From Candidatus Poribacteria bacterium (GTDB lineage: Bacteria; Poribacteria; WGA-4E; PCPOR2b): DNA of 64,000 nucleotides. Below, in pieces: positions 39,623-49,828 of this stretch. Position 1 is the first letter of the stretch. Each line of letters starts with the position of its first letter. The notes below the pieces were generated by a model. It had not been told where the DNA came from, ran no database searches, and was given only the letters and a program-made list of their open reading frames with translations. The stretch covers positions 3,488,001 through 3,552,000 of the forward strand of contig OZ244042.1 of the NCBI GenBank assembly GCA_965215015.1, written 5' to 3'. The translations under genes and the position numbers were made by a program.

Positions 39623-40666
39623 ATGATGTATAAATGTGCATTTTTAGGTTGTGGCGGACGGGCGCGTGCCCATGCACACGCATATCAATATATCAAACGC
39701 GGTGAAATTGTCGCACTGTGCGATATGAACGAAGAACTACTTAATAGTTTCGGCGATGATTTTGGGATTGAGAGACGGTACACGGACATCCATGAAATGT
39801 TAGATAAAGAACGGCCTGACCTGCTGCATATCGTGACTGCGCCGGTGCTGCGAGGAACAAACCAACTGATCCGCTACCCGTTGATGAACATTGCATCGGA
39901 GCATGAAGTGCCTGCCGCGATTGTCGAAAAGCCGATTGCGGTCATGGGAGAGGATTGGCGTCAACTGAGCGAACTATGTCAGAATACCAAGACCAAATTC
40001 GCTGTGAACACGCAGCTCAACTTTCATCCGCCGAATCTGAAATTGAAGACTGATGTTGCCGCTGGAGGGATTGGAGACCTGGACTTTATTGACGCTAGTG
40101 CCCGTTCAACGCCAATCGATCAGGGGCCCCATGTGCTTCAACTGGTCTCGTCTTATATCGACAATTCGCGTCCGGTGGAGGTTTTCGGTCAGGTCTCAGG
40201 GGGTGAGCATCTGGATACCGCTCAACCCTCGCCCGACCATGCCACAGCGTCGATCACGTATGCCAACGGGGTTCGGGCGTTGGTTACATTTGGCACCAAA
40301 GGATCGCCCGAAATTAGTGATCACGAATCGGTGTTCCTGCACAAACGGGTCCGCGTTTTTGGGAAGCGTGGGTTTGTCCATTGGTGGATGTTCGGATGGG
40401 AGCGCAACACACCGACGGATGGCTATAGTCGTGGAGAACACGATTACGGTGAGCAGGATGTCTTAGGACAGGCGGGGCTCACCGAGGCGATGTTCGATTG
40501 GCTTGACGATGACGAAAAGGTGCATCCCACCCACTTGGCACAGTCGCTGGCGGAGTTTAATGCGATTTTGGGTATCTATCATAGTGCATTGACGCACGCG
40601 CCGGTTGAGCTTCCGTTTGATCCGCCCGATGGGTTGATTGAGTCTCTCAAAACGCTACTGCTATGA
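39623..40666 (+). CDS. Gfo/Idh/MocA family oxidoreductase
   Basis: FLGCGGRA, IVEKP. Confidence 0.88.
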   Translation: MMYKCAFLGCGGRARAHAHAYQYIKRGEIVALCDMNEELLNSFGDDFGIERRYTDIHEMLDKERPDLLHIVTAPVLRGTNQLIRYPLMNIASEHEVPAAIVEKPIAVMGEDWRQLSELCQNTKTKFAVNTQLNFHPPNLKLKTDVAAGGIGDLDFIDASARSTPIDQGPHVLQLVSSYIDNSRPVEVFGQVSGGEHLDTAQPSPDHATASITYANGVRALVTFGTKGSPEISDHESVFLHKRVRVFGKRGFVHWWMFGWERNTPTDGYSRGEHDYGEQDVLGQAGLTEAMFDWLDDDEKVHPTHLAQSLAEFNAILGIYHSALTHAPVELPFDPPDGLIESLKTLLL

Positions 40667-40699
40667 GATAAGCTAGTAGGGGCATAGCCCGGAACCCTT

Positions 40700-40822
40700 C
40701 AGAAAGTCATTCGTTCGGTAGGCTGCTTACTTAGATGAAGGTTTCACGCGCAATGAATTGCGCTACTACTAACTGGGGCAGAAAGCCATTCGTTCGATAG
40801 TCTGCTTAGATGAAGGGCTTTC
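40700..40822. repeat. Two ~45-bp direct repeats flanking a GTAG-type REP palindrome (GCGCAATGAATTGCGC-TACTAC); related REP cores at about 1456, 21384 and 61089(-)
   Basis: cagaaag.cattcgttcg.tag.ctgctta...gatgaagg at 40700 and 40779. Confidence 0.7.
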
Positions 40823-40898
40823 TGAGGAGGGTAAAACATAATGGCGAGTGCTTTGCACTTTCTTTTTATCATGAACCAATGGAAATAGGAGGTTTGAA

Positions 40899-41744
40899 AT
40901 GGCGTATAGTAACGTTCCTATCGGAACATCTAATCCCTGTTGCGTTGTCATTTTAGTGGATCAATCTTGGTCAATGAGCGAAGATTGGGGAACAGGAACG
41001 AAGGCCGAGCGAGCTGCCCTCGCTGTCAATCGTATCCTCGAGGAACTCGTTATTGCCTGCCGAGCCGGAGATGAGATAAAGAATCGGTGTCATGTTTCTG
41101 TTATTGGGTATGGTGAACGGGTTGAGTGTGTCGTCGACGGTATGATATCAGAGGTCGCCTCCTCCCTCATCGAAGTCAAAAAAATTAAGAAATCCATCCC
41201 TGACGGAGCGGGTGGAATTGTTGAGGTCGATTTGGAAATACCGATCTGGGTGCAACCAACGGCGGGTAATGGCACCCCAATGCACGAGGCATTTGAACAC
41301 GCTGCTGAAATCATCCAACGCTGGTGCGACGATAAACCTGATGGTTTTCCGCCAACCGTTATCAACATCACAGACGGTGCTGCTACTCAGCCTGATTTGA
41401 CAGGAGATGCTGCGAGAAAGGTCATGAATCTCCGCACGACAGATGGTAACGTTTTAGTCTTCAACGTTCACATCGCTAATAATAAATACGGAGTGAATTT
41501 CCCACACAGCACAGACCTGTTGGTGGATGATACCTTGGCAGAATTTCTCTTCAGCCTCTCTAGTGTTTTGCCAGAACCCCTGCGCGAAATGGCAAAAGAG
41601 GCGGGACTTTCAGCAAATCCCGATGCACGATGTTTTAGTTATAATGCGGATGAAGTTACGATGATTAAGATCCTGGAGTTTGGTTCTTTGGGCTTAACAC
41701 AAATACGAGTACTTCCACCTCCCGCACTTCCATCTCCCGATTAA
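40899..41744 (+). CDS. TerY-like vWA-domain protein
   Basis: VDQSWSM MIDAS, GTPM, INITDG. Confidence 0.85.
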   Translation: MAYSNVPIGTSNPCCVVILVDQSWSMSEDWGTGTKAERAALAVNRILEELVIACRAGDEIKNRCHVSVIGYGERVECVVDGMISEVASSLIEVKKIKKSIPDGAGGIVEVDLEIPIWVQPTAGNGTPMHEAFEHAAEIIQRWCDDKPDGFPPTVINITDGAATQPDLTGDAARKVMNLRTTDGNVLVFNVHIANNKYGVNFPHSTDLLVDDTLAEFLFSLSSVLPEPLREMAKEAGLSANPDARCFSYNADEVTMIKILEFGSLGLTQIRVLPPPALPSPD

Positions 41745-41748
41745 AAAT

Positions 41749-42663
41749 ATGATCAAATTGACAGCGAATTCCTTCATTACCCATAAAGAAGCCGAAAGTC
41801 CAGATGATTGTCAAGACGCTTGTGACCAGAATGATGAGAAAGGGTGCTACGCTATCGCAGATGGCGCGACTCGTTCCTTTTTTCCAAAGGAGTGGGCAAC
41901 CCTTCTGGTAGAGCACTTCTGCAAAAATACCGATTTGTCTTCAGCGAAAGCAGATTGGCGAGGCTGGATAGGTCCCATCCAACAAAAATGGTATGAGCAG
42001 ATAAAAGAAAAGGTAAAGGAACGAAGCCTATTTTATCTTACAAATTCGTTCAACTCTCAAGAGTCCGCCGTTTCTACTTTTATTGGCATCGAATTCAATA
42101 AAGATAACGGTGCATGGGAGGCTATGATTGTGGGCGATAGTTGCCTATTTCATGAAAGCGATTTTAAGTTTAAAAGTTACCTGATAGAAAATTCAGCGGG
42201 TTTTACGAATCGTCCCGAGGCTTTCGCTAGTTTTGCAAAAGACAATCATTTTGAGCCCTCATTTGAGAGTGGACGCGCCAACCCCGGTGATACCTTTATC
42301 TTAGCAACGGATGCCTTAGCGAAATGGGTACTTGAACATAAGGAAGCTGGGGAATTAGAGGCGGCACTTACTTCTCTCAGAGAGCTAAAAACGGATGAAC
42401 AATTCTACCAATTTGTCCATAAAGCGCGCCATGACAAAGCCAGCCGCCTCGTTAATGACGACGTAGCACTTATGCTAATTTCGGTTGAAGAAGTTCAAAA
42501 GCCAGAAGAGATCGGACTGGAAGCACCATCAGAGGCGCAAAGCCAAGAACCAATTCAACAACAGAACGGCTTGTCGCGTATCCTCTTTTGGGGGATTCTC
42601 GTAGGAGTTTTTGGGGTCTTTGTTGGGTTTATTATTCTTTTTGTATTACTCAATCCCAAGTAA
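41749..42663 (+). CDS. PP2C-like phosphatase with C-terminal TM anchor (TerY-P type)
   Basis: CQDA, AIADGA, GDSCLF, LATDAL, NDDVAL; hydrophobic tail. Confidence 0.85.
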   Translation: MIKLTANSFITHKEAESPDDCQDACDQNDEKGCYAIADGATRSFFPKEWATLLVEHFCKNTDLSSAKADWRGWIGPIQQKWYEQIKEKVKERSLFYLTNSFNSQESAVSTFIGIEFNKDNGAWEAMIVGDSCLFHESDFKFKSYLIENSAGFTNRPEAFASFAKDNHFEPSFESGRANPGDTFILATDALAKWVLEHKEAGELEAALTSLRELKTDEQFYQFVHKARHDKASRLVNDDVALMLISVEEVQKPEEIGLEAPSEAQSQEPIQQQNGLSRILFWGILVGVFGVFVGFIILFVLLNPK

Positions 42664-42686
42664 CGAAATCACAACTGGAGCATCTT

Positions 42687-44666
42687 ATGCTTTGGCCAGG
42701 CCGGATTGATTATACCCAGGCAGTGGGTAATTTTCCACATATCAGTGTATTAGACCCGATACTTAGAGGGGGAACCCCCCGGAGAGGGACTAGCAACTAT
42801 CCAATAGTTTACTCCGGCGGCTTTTCGACTGTGTTTCCGGTTGAGGTGTTGTCGAACACCTATGCGCTGCGGTGCTGGATTGCAGACATTGGAGATGCTG
42901 AAACTCGGTATCAAGAAATATCAGACTATCTGAAGCAATGCCGTTTACCCTACTTTGTTGATTTTGCGTATGTTCCCGAAGGTATTTTGGTGAATGGTAC
43001 TAAGTATCCCATCACGCGCATGGAATGGGCGGAGGGGGAAACACTTTGTGGTTTTATTAAACACAATTTGCAGGACGCTGGGTGTCTGAAAACCGCAGCG
43101 GCAGAGTTTCAAAAGATGGTTGAAACCCTCCATATACACCAGATTGCACACGGAGACTTTCAAGATGGAAATATCCTGCTCAAGCGAAACGGAACTTATG
43201 TCGAAATCAAGTTGATAGACTACGACAGTTTGTTCGTTCCGACACTTCGTGGGCAACCTGATAATATTGTTGGACTTCCAGAATATCAACACCCCCAAAG
43301 AATAGCAGGCGGTGGGGGTGCCAACGAAAAGATGGATTATTTCTCAGAGTTGGTGATCTATCTTTCCTTGTTGAGTCTTGCGGAAAAGCCCGATCTCTGG
43401 AGTCAGTTTGGGGATCGAACAGAAAAAGGGTTGCTATTCACTGCCGAGGATTTCAGAAATCCAGACCAATCTGATGTCTTCCGAGAGCTTGAAAACCTGT
43501 CGTCAGATGTGAAACGGTTGGCTTCAAAATTAAAAGAATCTTGTAAGCGATCCGTTGACCAATTGGAACCCTTGGAAGCGATATTGGCATACAATCAGGG
43601 GCTCGTTTATCTTCAAAATAGCCGATATAATGAAGCTGTCATCGAGTTTGAAAAGGCGACAGGTCTTGACCCGAATTATAAAGAGGCACATCATGGGCTT
43701 GGCCTTGCACACTTACAGATGGGCAATCTTGAGGAAGCGGAAAAGGCGGCGGAAGCGGCTTTACAGATTGATTCGGGCTATCAACCTGCTCGTCAACTTT
43801 TAGATGCTATAAAAAGAAAATTCCCTGGGCCCCAGCCAGTACCGCCTTCCTCAAAGAGCGCGCTTAATCTCTGGCAGTACATTGCACCTAACCTTTGGCA
43901 GTACATCACTGGTACTTTAGCTTTTGTCCTATTGATTTGCATTGTGGCACTTGCAACGCAGATAAGCGCAAAAGATGAAGCTCTCCGCCAAATTGAGGTG
44001 TTAAACCAACAGGTCAAAACAGGGTCAGAACTCTATGCTATAATTTCAATGTTGCGGAATCAACTGACTGAACAGGAGAAGAAAACTAAGACTCAGTTCG
44101 CTATAAGCCAGCAATTGCGAAATGAAAAAGAGGAGATCCGTAGTCAAAACCAAATATTACAGAACGAGAATGTGAGGTTACGAGAGCAATTGGACGAACA
44201 GCACTCATCTCTTAATCCTTTCTCTAGAGATGACGAGCGGTTCCGTATGGCCTCTCCCCAAAAGATTTATAGTATTCCCCGAATAGTATTCCCCGAGAGA
44301 GGGGCTGCGATTTATAAAAATAATCTAGGATGCGATGCCTTTGACAACAACCAGTACAGCGAAGCTATTGAATTTTTTGACGACGCTATAAGGAGTGCCC
44401 CACAATCTGCAGTAGTCCACTACAACCTGGGTTGCACTTACTTAGCGATGAACAGGTATGATAAGGCCGTAAATTATCTTAACCGGGCGGTAGTCCTTGA
44501 TCCAAGGTTTAAAGAAGCGCACTACAACCTTGCCCTTGCTTTTCTTAGGCGCGGTTATCAGCTTGATCATCACACGGCGATAAATGTGGTTCAAGAAGCC
44601 TTGCAAATTGATAGGCACTATCAGCCTGCTCGCCAGCTTTTAGAGGCTATTGAACAGGTTGATTGA
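42687..44666 (+). CDS. Ser/Thr kinase-like protein: kinase-TPR-TM-coiled coil-TPR
   Basis: GGFSTVF, HGDFQDGNILL, LIDYD, YQHP; TPR repeats; TM LAFVLLICIVALA. Confidence 0.85.
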   Translation: MLWPGRIDYTQAVGNFPHISVLDPILRGGTPRRGTSNYPIVYSGGFSTVFPVEVLSNTYALRCWIADIGDAETRYQEISDYLKQCRLPYFVDFAYVPEGILVNGTKYPITRMEWAEGETLCGFIKHNLQDAGCLKTAAAEFQKMVETLHIHQIAHGDFQDGNILLKRNGTYVEIKLIDYDSLFVPTLRGQPDNIVGLPEYQHPQRIAGGGGANEKMDYFSELVIYLSLLSLAEKPDLWSQFGDRTEKGLLFTAEDFRNPDQSDVFRELENLSSDVKRLASKLKESCKRSVDQLEPLEAILAYNQGLVYLQNSRYNEAVIEFEKATGLDPNYKEAHHGLGLAHLQMGNLEEAEKAAEAALQIDSGYQPARQLLDAIKRKFPGPQPVPPSSKSALNLWQYIAPNLWQYITGTLAFVLLICIVALATQISAKDEALRQIEVLNQQVKTGSELYAIISMLRNQLTEQEKKTKTQFAISQQLRNEKEEIRSQNQILQNENVRLREQLDEQHSSLNPFSRDDERFRMASPQKIYSIPRIVFPERGAAIYKNNLGCDAFDNNQYSEAIEFFDDAIRSAPQSAVVHYNLGCTYLAMNRYDKAVNYLNRAVVLDPRFKEAHYNLALAFLRRGYQLDHHTAINVVQEALQIDRHYQPARQLLEAIEQVD

Positions 44667-44683
44667 GGGAGAACATTTAGCCA

Positions 44684-47600
44684 ATGAATGTGACGAATTC
44701 TATACAAACAAAATTAGACACAGCCCGGGCGGAGCTGCTTGATCAGAGTTTACGCAATCCCCTCATTAACTACAGGTTGTTGAGGGCACGAGGGGTTGAG
44801 ATTGTTGATGAATCCCCTCCAGATGTTTATCGCATCCTTGTGCAAGAAGGTGAAAACCTACAACTGTTTGCAGATGATGAGGTGGAGAAAGATTCTGCTC
44901 GGTATACCGATAGGACGCTTCAAACGGGCTATTCATCAGCGGAGCTTCAAAGGCGTTTGCTGAACACCTACTATACAGCGCGGACAGCTATCGAAGAACA
45001 GGGGGTGAATACACTCTACCTCGCACTCGGTATGCTCCAATGGTATGAATCCGGATCGAGTGATATACTACGTCACGCACCACTCATCCTGATTCCGGTG
45101 GAAATTAACCGTGCTAGTGTCCGAACCCACTTCCGTATTGGCTACACAGGGGAGGATATCGGGACCAATCTCTCCCTTCAGGAAAAATTAAAATCTGAAT
45201 TTGGTGCCCAATTTCCAGACCTTCCTGATGCGGATGACCTTGAGAAATCCGGCATTCAGAGCTATTATCGAACAGTAGGTGCGGCAATTGATGGACTCAG
45301 GTGTTGGTCGGTTGATGAGTCTGCAATTGCGCTTGGTTTTTTTTCGTTTGCTAAGTTTCTGATGTATCGTGACCTAGACACGGCAAATTGGCCCGGCAAT
45401 ACCCTATCTGAGCATTCAGTATTACAGTCCCTACTGGCAAGGGGATTTCAAGAACCGAGGTCAGTCATTGATCCTAGCACACCTAATATTGACGAACACC
45501 TCAATCCTACTGAGACACATCATGTCGTTGATGCGGATAGTTCGCAGGCGTTGGCTATCCATGATGTAGGTCAAGGACGAAATCTCGTTATCCAAGGCCC
45601 ACCGGGCACCGGAAAGTCCCAAACCATTACCAACCTGATTGCGGAAGCCATCGCAAAGGGGAAACGGGTGCTATTTGTAGCAGAAAAGATGGCGGCTTTG
45701 GAAGTGGTCAAGCGTAATCTGGACAAGGTAGGGCTCGGAGATGCGTGTCTGGAGCTACACAGCCATAAGATGAACAAAAAGGCTGTCGTTGATGAGCTAA
45801 AGCGAATCCTAGAACTCGGCGAGCCACGGAGAACAGTCTTTGAAGAGGAAGTAAGGTTACTACTCAATAACCGACACCGCTTAAACAGTTACTGTCAGGC
45901 AGTCAACACGCCCATTGGCGAGAGTGGGATCACGCCTTATCAGGCGTATGGCGAACTTTTAGCGGTGGAACGTCGCCTTTCAGAGGTACAATCTCCACCT
46001 TTGGATTTACGTCAATTTCAACATTCGGCATCAGAATTTAGAAAAGGGGTAGACCTCACAGAAGAATTACAACGTCATCTCAAGCAAATGGGGGTACCTG
46101 TAAGTCACCCGTTTTGGGGCAGTGGTTGTAAGCTCTTTCTTCCAACTGACAGAGATTCGCTGGAACGGACAGCAGCCAAAGCAAAAGAAACGGTCACAGC
46201 ACTCAAGGATTCATCCGAACGCCTCGCACAACATCTCAAACTTCCGGTGCCAGATACTTATGGAGCGGTCAAATTTCTGATCCGGGTGGCGCATCGTGCG
46301 TTAGATGCGCCACACTTAGCAGGTGTCAACGTGCAGTCAACCGAATGGCGGACGCACCGTAGCGATTTGGAGGTAGGATTAAGGGCGGGGAAACGGTTGA
46401 GCGAACTTCATGCTGAATATGATAGTATCCTTATCTCTGAAGCGTGGGCACAAAATGTTCTGGAGATTCGGCAGATGTTGGCAGCCTATGGAGATAAATG
46501 GTGGTGTTTTCTTTTTGGCAAATATCGCCGCGCCTGCAATGAACTAACAGGCTTATGTACGCAACCACTACCCAAAACCCAAGAAGCGCGCCTCCGTATC
46601 GTTGACGCGATTCGTGACGCACAACGTGAATTACCCCATCTTGAAAAGATACAGGGACTCGGACAACGACTGTTCGGCACACGCTGGCAAGGGGAGTCCT
46701 CGAATTGGTCTCAACTTCAAGAAATTGTCGGGTATCTTTCAGCATTGCACGAATCCGTAGCGAGGGGCGAATTGCCAGGGGCATTGGTTGCATATCTCGC
46801 AGCAAACCCTGATTTGGAAACACTTCGGACACTAGTTTCAACGGTTAAAGAGTACCAGAACAGTCAGTCACCTCTCCTTCAGACTGTTACCGAAAAGATT
46901 CAACTTGATGAAACAATACGTTTTGGAGGCGATGATGGACTAAAAGGGTGTACGTTCGCAGAGCAGGTGCACTTTCTTGAGCGTTGGGAACAGGAATCGG
47001 AGAGAATCCAAGATATCGTTACCTATAATCACTTGGTGAAGGCATTAAGGGACAGCGGCTTCGCTGAAATTGTGGAGGTTGCAAATGGCTGGCCCGAGGC
47101 GAATCAGTTTCTATCGAGCGTGCTCAAACTGGCTTGGTATAGTGCACAGGTTGAGACAGCAATGCAAGAACGCCCGATCCTTGCTTCTTTTGATGGCGAG
47201 GGTCAGCAGTTTATTGTTGAACTGTTCAAAGAGCAAGACAACCTTTCACTTGAGTACAATAAGGCTAAAGTTGCATACGAACATTGGAAGCATTTGCATC
47301 AACATGAAGCGTCTAGTGGACAGTTAGGTGTACTTATCCGTGAATTTCAAAAAAAACGGCGGCATCTGCCAATTCGTCAGCTTATGGACAAAGCAGGAAA
47401 TGCGATACAAGCAATTAAGCCGATATTCATGATGAGTCCGCTCTCAGTGGCAACATTCTTACCACCGAACAGTGTTGATTTCGATTGGGTGGTGTTTGAC
47501 GAGGCGAGTCAAGTCAAGCCAGTTGACGCTTTCGGGGCAATAATTCGGGGCAAGCAAACGGTTGTTGTTGGGGATAACCGTCAACTTCCACCGACCCGTT

Positions 47601-49363
47601 TCTTTGATAAGCACATAGCGGAGGACGATGTAGATGAAGATGCGGAAGAAAACCTAGTAGGCGATATGGAGAGCATCTTGGGGTTATTTAGTGCCCAGAA
47701 TGCGCCGGAACGTATGTTACGTTGGCACTACCGCAGCCGACACGAATCGCTAATTACCGTCTCCAACATTGAATTCTACGACAATAAGCTTCAACTCTTC
47801 CCAAGTCCTGATGCCGCAAAGAAGGAAGTTGGGCTAATTTATCATCACCTACCAGATACCACTTTTGACCGCGGAGGAAGTCGAAGCAACAAGGCAGAAG
47901 CCCGAATCGTCGCGGAACGGGTAATGGAACATGCTCGTAACCGTCCCCAATTGACGCTCGGCGTCTCTACATTCAGCACAGCTCAGATGGAGGCGGTTCA
48001 GAATGAACTTGAAAGCCTGCGGCGAGAAGATCCATCATGCGAACAAACATTTTTCAACGTGCATCCTGAGGAACCGTTTTTCGTCAAAAATTTAGAGAAC
48101 GTCCAAGGCGATGAACGCGATGTTATTTTTATTAGTATCGGCTACGGACGGGCTGCCAATGGATACCTCACGATGAACTTTGGGCCACTCAACCAGGATG
48201 GTGGGGAGCGGCGATTAAATGTATTGATTACGCGAGCGCGGCGGCGTTGCGAAGTGTTCACCAACCTGAAAGGTGACGACATTGATTTGAGTAGTACCAA
48301 TGCCCGTGGTGTTGTGGCACTTAAACGTTATCTCCAATATGCAGAGACAGGCAAATCCGATATCGTAATACCGACCGGCAAGGCGGCGGACTCCCTCTTT
48401 GAAGAAGAGGTCGCGTATGCCCTGCGGAACCTTGGCTACCAAGTTGACCATCAAATCGGTTCCGCCGGATATTTCATTGATCTTGGGGTCAAAGATCCAG
48501 AACATCCGGGACGCTACCTATTGGGTATTGAATGTGATGGTGCGACCTACCATAGTGCACAATCAGCCCGTGACCGTGATCGGCTCCGACAACAAGTGCT
48601 TGAAGGACTGGGTTGGCGTATCCATCGCATCTGGAGTACCGATTGGTTTAGACGTTCAGACCGAGAACTTGAAAAGGCAGCCAAGGCAATTGAAGCAGCC
48701 AAGGTACACATCCCTTCCTCACTTAAGCCTCCTCCCGAAAGCGATATCCCTGATCCTAGTGAGCGCGGGAAAGGACCAGAAAGCGAAACTCCAAATAATG
48801 TACCGAAACAGTCCAGGGAACCCCTTAAGTATAAACCTGCTGAACCTATCATTTCCACCAACGGGCGCGATTTACATGCTGTTTCGCCATTCGTGATGGC
48901 AAAATGGATTCAGGCTATTGTTAAAATCGAGAGTCCGATGCATCTCGACGAAGTGGCGAGACGAATCGCAACCGCTGTGGGGGTAGGTCAAGTAGGTAGT
49001 CGCATCCAAGACACAGTTAACACCGCTGCGAGGCAAGCAGCGCGTTCTGGCAGTATTCAGATTAAAGGAAAATTTCTCTATTGGACGGAGCAAGGGGAGG
49101 TCGTCGTGCGGGATCGGAGTGGACTCCCGAACGCTTCACGAAAGATAGAGCTTATCGCGCCTGAAGAGATAGAGATGGGTATCAAGCAGGTCGTATCGGT
49201 TGTCTTTGGGATCGAGCGGGTTGATTTAGCCCGTGAGGTTTGCAAGCTTTTCGGATTCAAGTCAACTAGCCAAAATATGCGACGAGAGGTTGAGAGAGTC
49301 GTAGAGGGGTTGATCAAGAATGAAGGGTTGATTTGCAAAGGGGACTCATTATCTATTCCTTGA
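44684..49363 (+). CDS. DUF4011 / SF1 helicase / Vsr-like (MTES_1575) nuclease / DUF3320 protein (Hhe-like)
   Basis: LLDQSLRNPLINY, QGPPGTGKSQT, FDEASQ, GDNRQLPP, WHYRS, VQGDERD, GIECDG, RIWSTDW. Confidence 0.9.
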   Translation: MNVTNSIQTKLDTARAELLDQSLRNPLINYRLLRARGVEIVDESPPDVYRILVQEGENLQLFADDEVEKDSARYTDRTLQTGYSSAELQRRLLNTYYTARTAIEEQGVNTLYLALGMLQWYESGSSDILRHAPLILIPVEINRASVRTHFRIGYTGEDIGTNLSLQEKLKSEFGAQFPDLPDADDLEKSGIQSYYRTVGAAIDGLRCWSVDESAIALGFFSFAKFLMYRDLDTANWPGNTLSEHSVLQSLLARGFQEPRSVIDPSTPNIDEHLNPTETHHVVDADSSQALAIHDVGQGRNLVIQGPPGTGKSQTITNLIAEAIAKGKRVLFVAEKMAALEVVKRNLDKVGLGDACLELHSHKMNKKAVVDELKRILELGEPRRTVFEEEVRLLLNNRHRLNSYCQAVNTPIGESGITPYQAYGELLAVERRLSEVQSPPLDLRQFQHSASEFRKGVDLTEELQRHLKQMGVPVSHPFWGSGCKLFLPTDRDSLERTAAKAKETVTALKDSSERLAQHLKLPVPDTYGAVKFLIRVAHRALDAPHLAGVNVQSTEWRTHRSDLEVGLRAGKRLSELHAEYDSILISEAWAQNVLEIRQMLAAYGDKWWCFLFGKYRRACNELTGLCTQPLPKTQEARLRIVDAIRDAQRELPHLEKIQGLGQRLFGTRWQGESSNWSQLQEIVGYLSALHESVARGELPGALVAYLAANPDLETLRTLVSTVKEYQNSQSPLLQTVTEKIQLDETIRFGGDDGLKGCTFAEQVHFLERWEQESERIQDIVTYNHLVKALRDSGFAEIVEVANGWPEANQFLSSVLKLAWYSAQVETAMQERPILASFDGEGQQFIVELFKEQDNLSLEYNKAKVAYEHWKHLHQHEASSGQLGVLIREFQKKRRHLPIRQLMDKAGNAIQAIKPIFMMSPLSVATFLPPNSVDFDWVVFDEASQVKPVDAFGAIIRGKQTVVVGDNRQLPPTRFFDKHIAEDDVDEDAEENLVGDMESILGLFSAQNAPERMLRWHYRSRHESLITVSNIEFYDNKLQLFPSPDAAKKEVGLIYHHLPDTTFDRGGSRSNKAEARIVAERVMEHARNRPQLTLGVSTFSTAQMEAVQNELESLRREDPSCEQTFFNVHPEEPFFVKNLENVQGDERDVIFISIGYGRAANGYLTMNFGPLNQDGGERRLNVLITRARRRCEVFTNLKGDDIDLSSTNARGVVALKRYLQYAETGKSDIVIPTGKAADSLFEEEVAYALRNLGYQVDHQIGSAGYFIDLGVKDPEHPGRYLLGIECDGATYHSAQSARDRDRLRQQVLEGLGWRIHRIWSTDWFRRSDRELEKAAKAIEAAKVHIPSSLKPPPESDIPDPSERGKGPESETPNNVPKQSREPLKYKPAEPIISTNGRDLHAVSPFVMAKWIQAIVKIESPMHLDEVARRIATAVGVGQVGSRIQDTVNTAARQAARSGSIQIKGKFLYWTEQGEVVVRDRSGLPNASRKIELIAPEEIEMGIKQVVSVVFGIERVDLAREVCKLFGFKSTSQNMRREVERVVEGLIKNEGLICKGDSLSIP

Positions 49364-49399
49364 GTTATGTATAAAGAGCGGCGAGCGAGTTCTTGATGC

Positions 49400-49800
49400 G
49401 TTTTGTGGTGTTGGGTCTACATTATTGGAGTATTCTAACGAAGGATGCAGATCACAAAGTAAAAGAAATGAGGCTTTCAGGGAATCTAGCTACTCAATAT
49501 TCAAAAAGTGAGAGTGATTTGGGGAATATTGAAGGATATGAATCGTTTTTAGAAGAACTGGCAGGTGTATTTCGTAAGGTCTTGATGAAGGTGGAGAACA
49601 GGCCGTACATGGCAATTATTGTTAGTGATTTTCGTCATGCCTCCGATTTCTATCCCTTCCATTCTGACTTATACCAACGATTGAATTGGTTGGTGTGTCA
49701 ACTCTTGAGCAGAGACATAAGAAATTATACCCATACGGTTAACCTTTTTGTTATATCCCAAACATCCATCATTAATATATCCTTTTGTTTCAGGTCTTTC
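49400..49800 (+). pseudogene. Degraded N4/N6 DNA methyltransferase
   Basis: YW..DLGNIEGYESFL...IVSDFRH...YPFHSDL, then in another frame KKLYPYG*PFCYIPNIHH*YILLF; N-terminus and PPY motif lost. Confidence 0.6.
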
Positions 49801-49828
49801 ATCAGTGCCTTCGGGAGGCAGTTAGACA

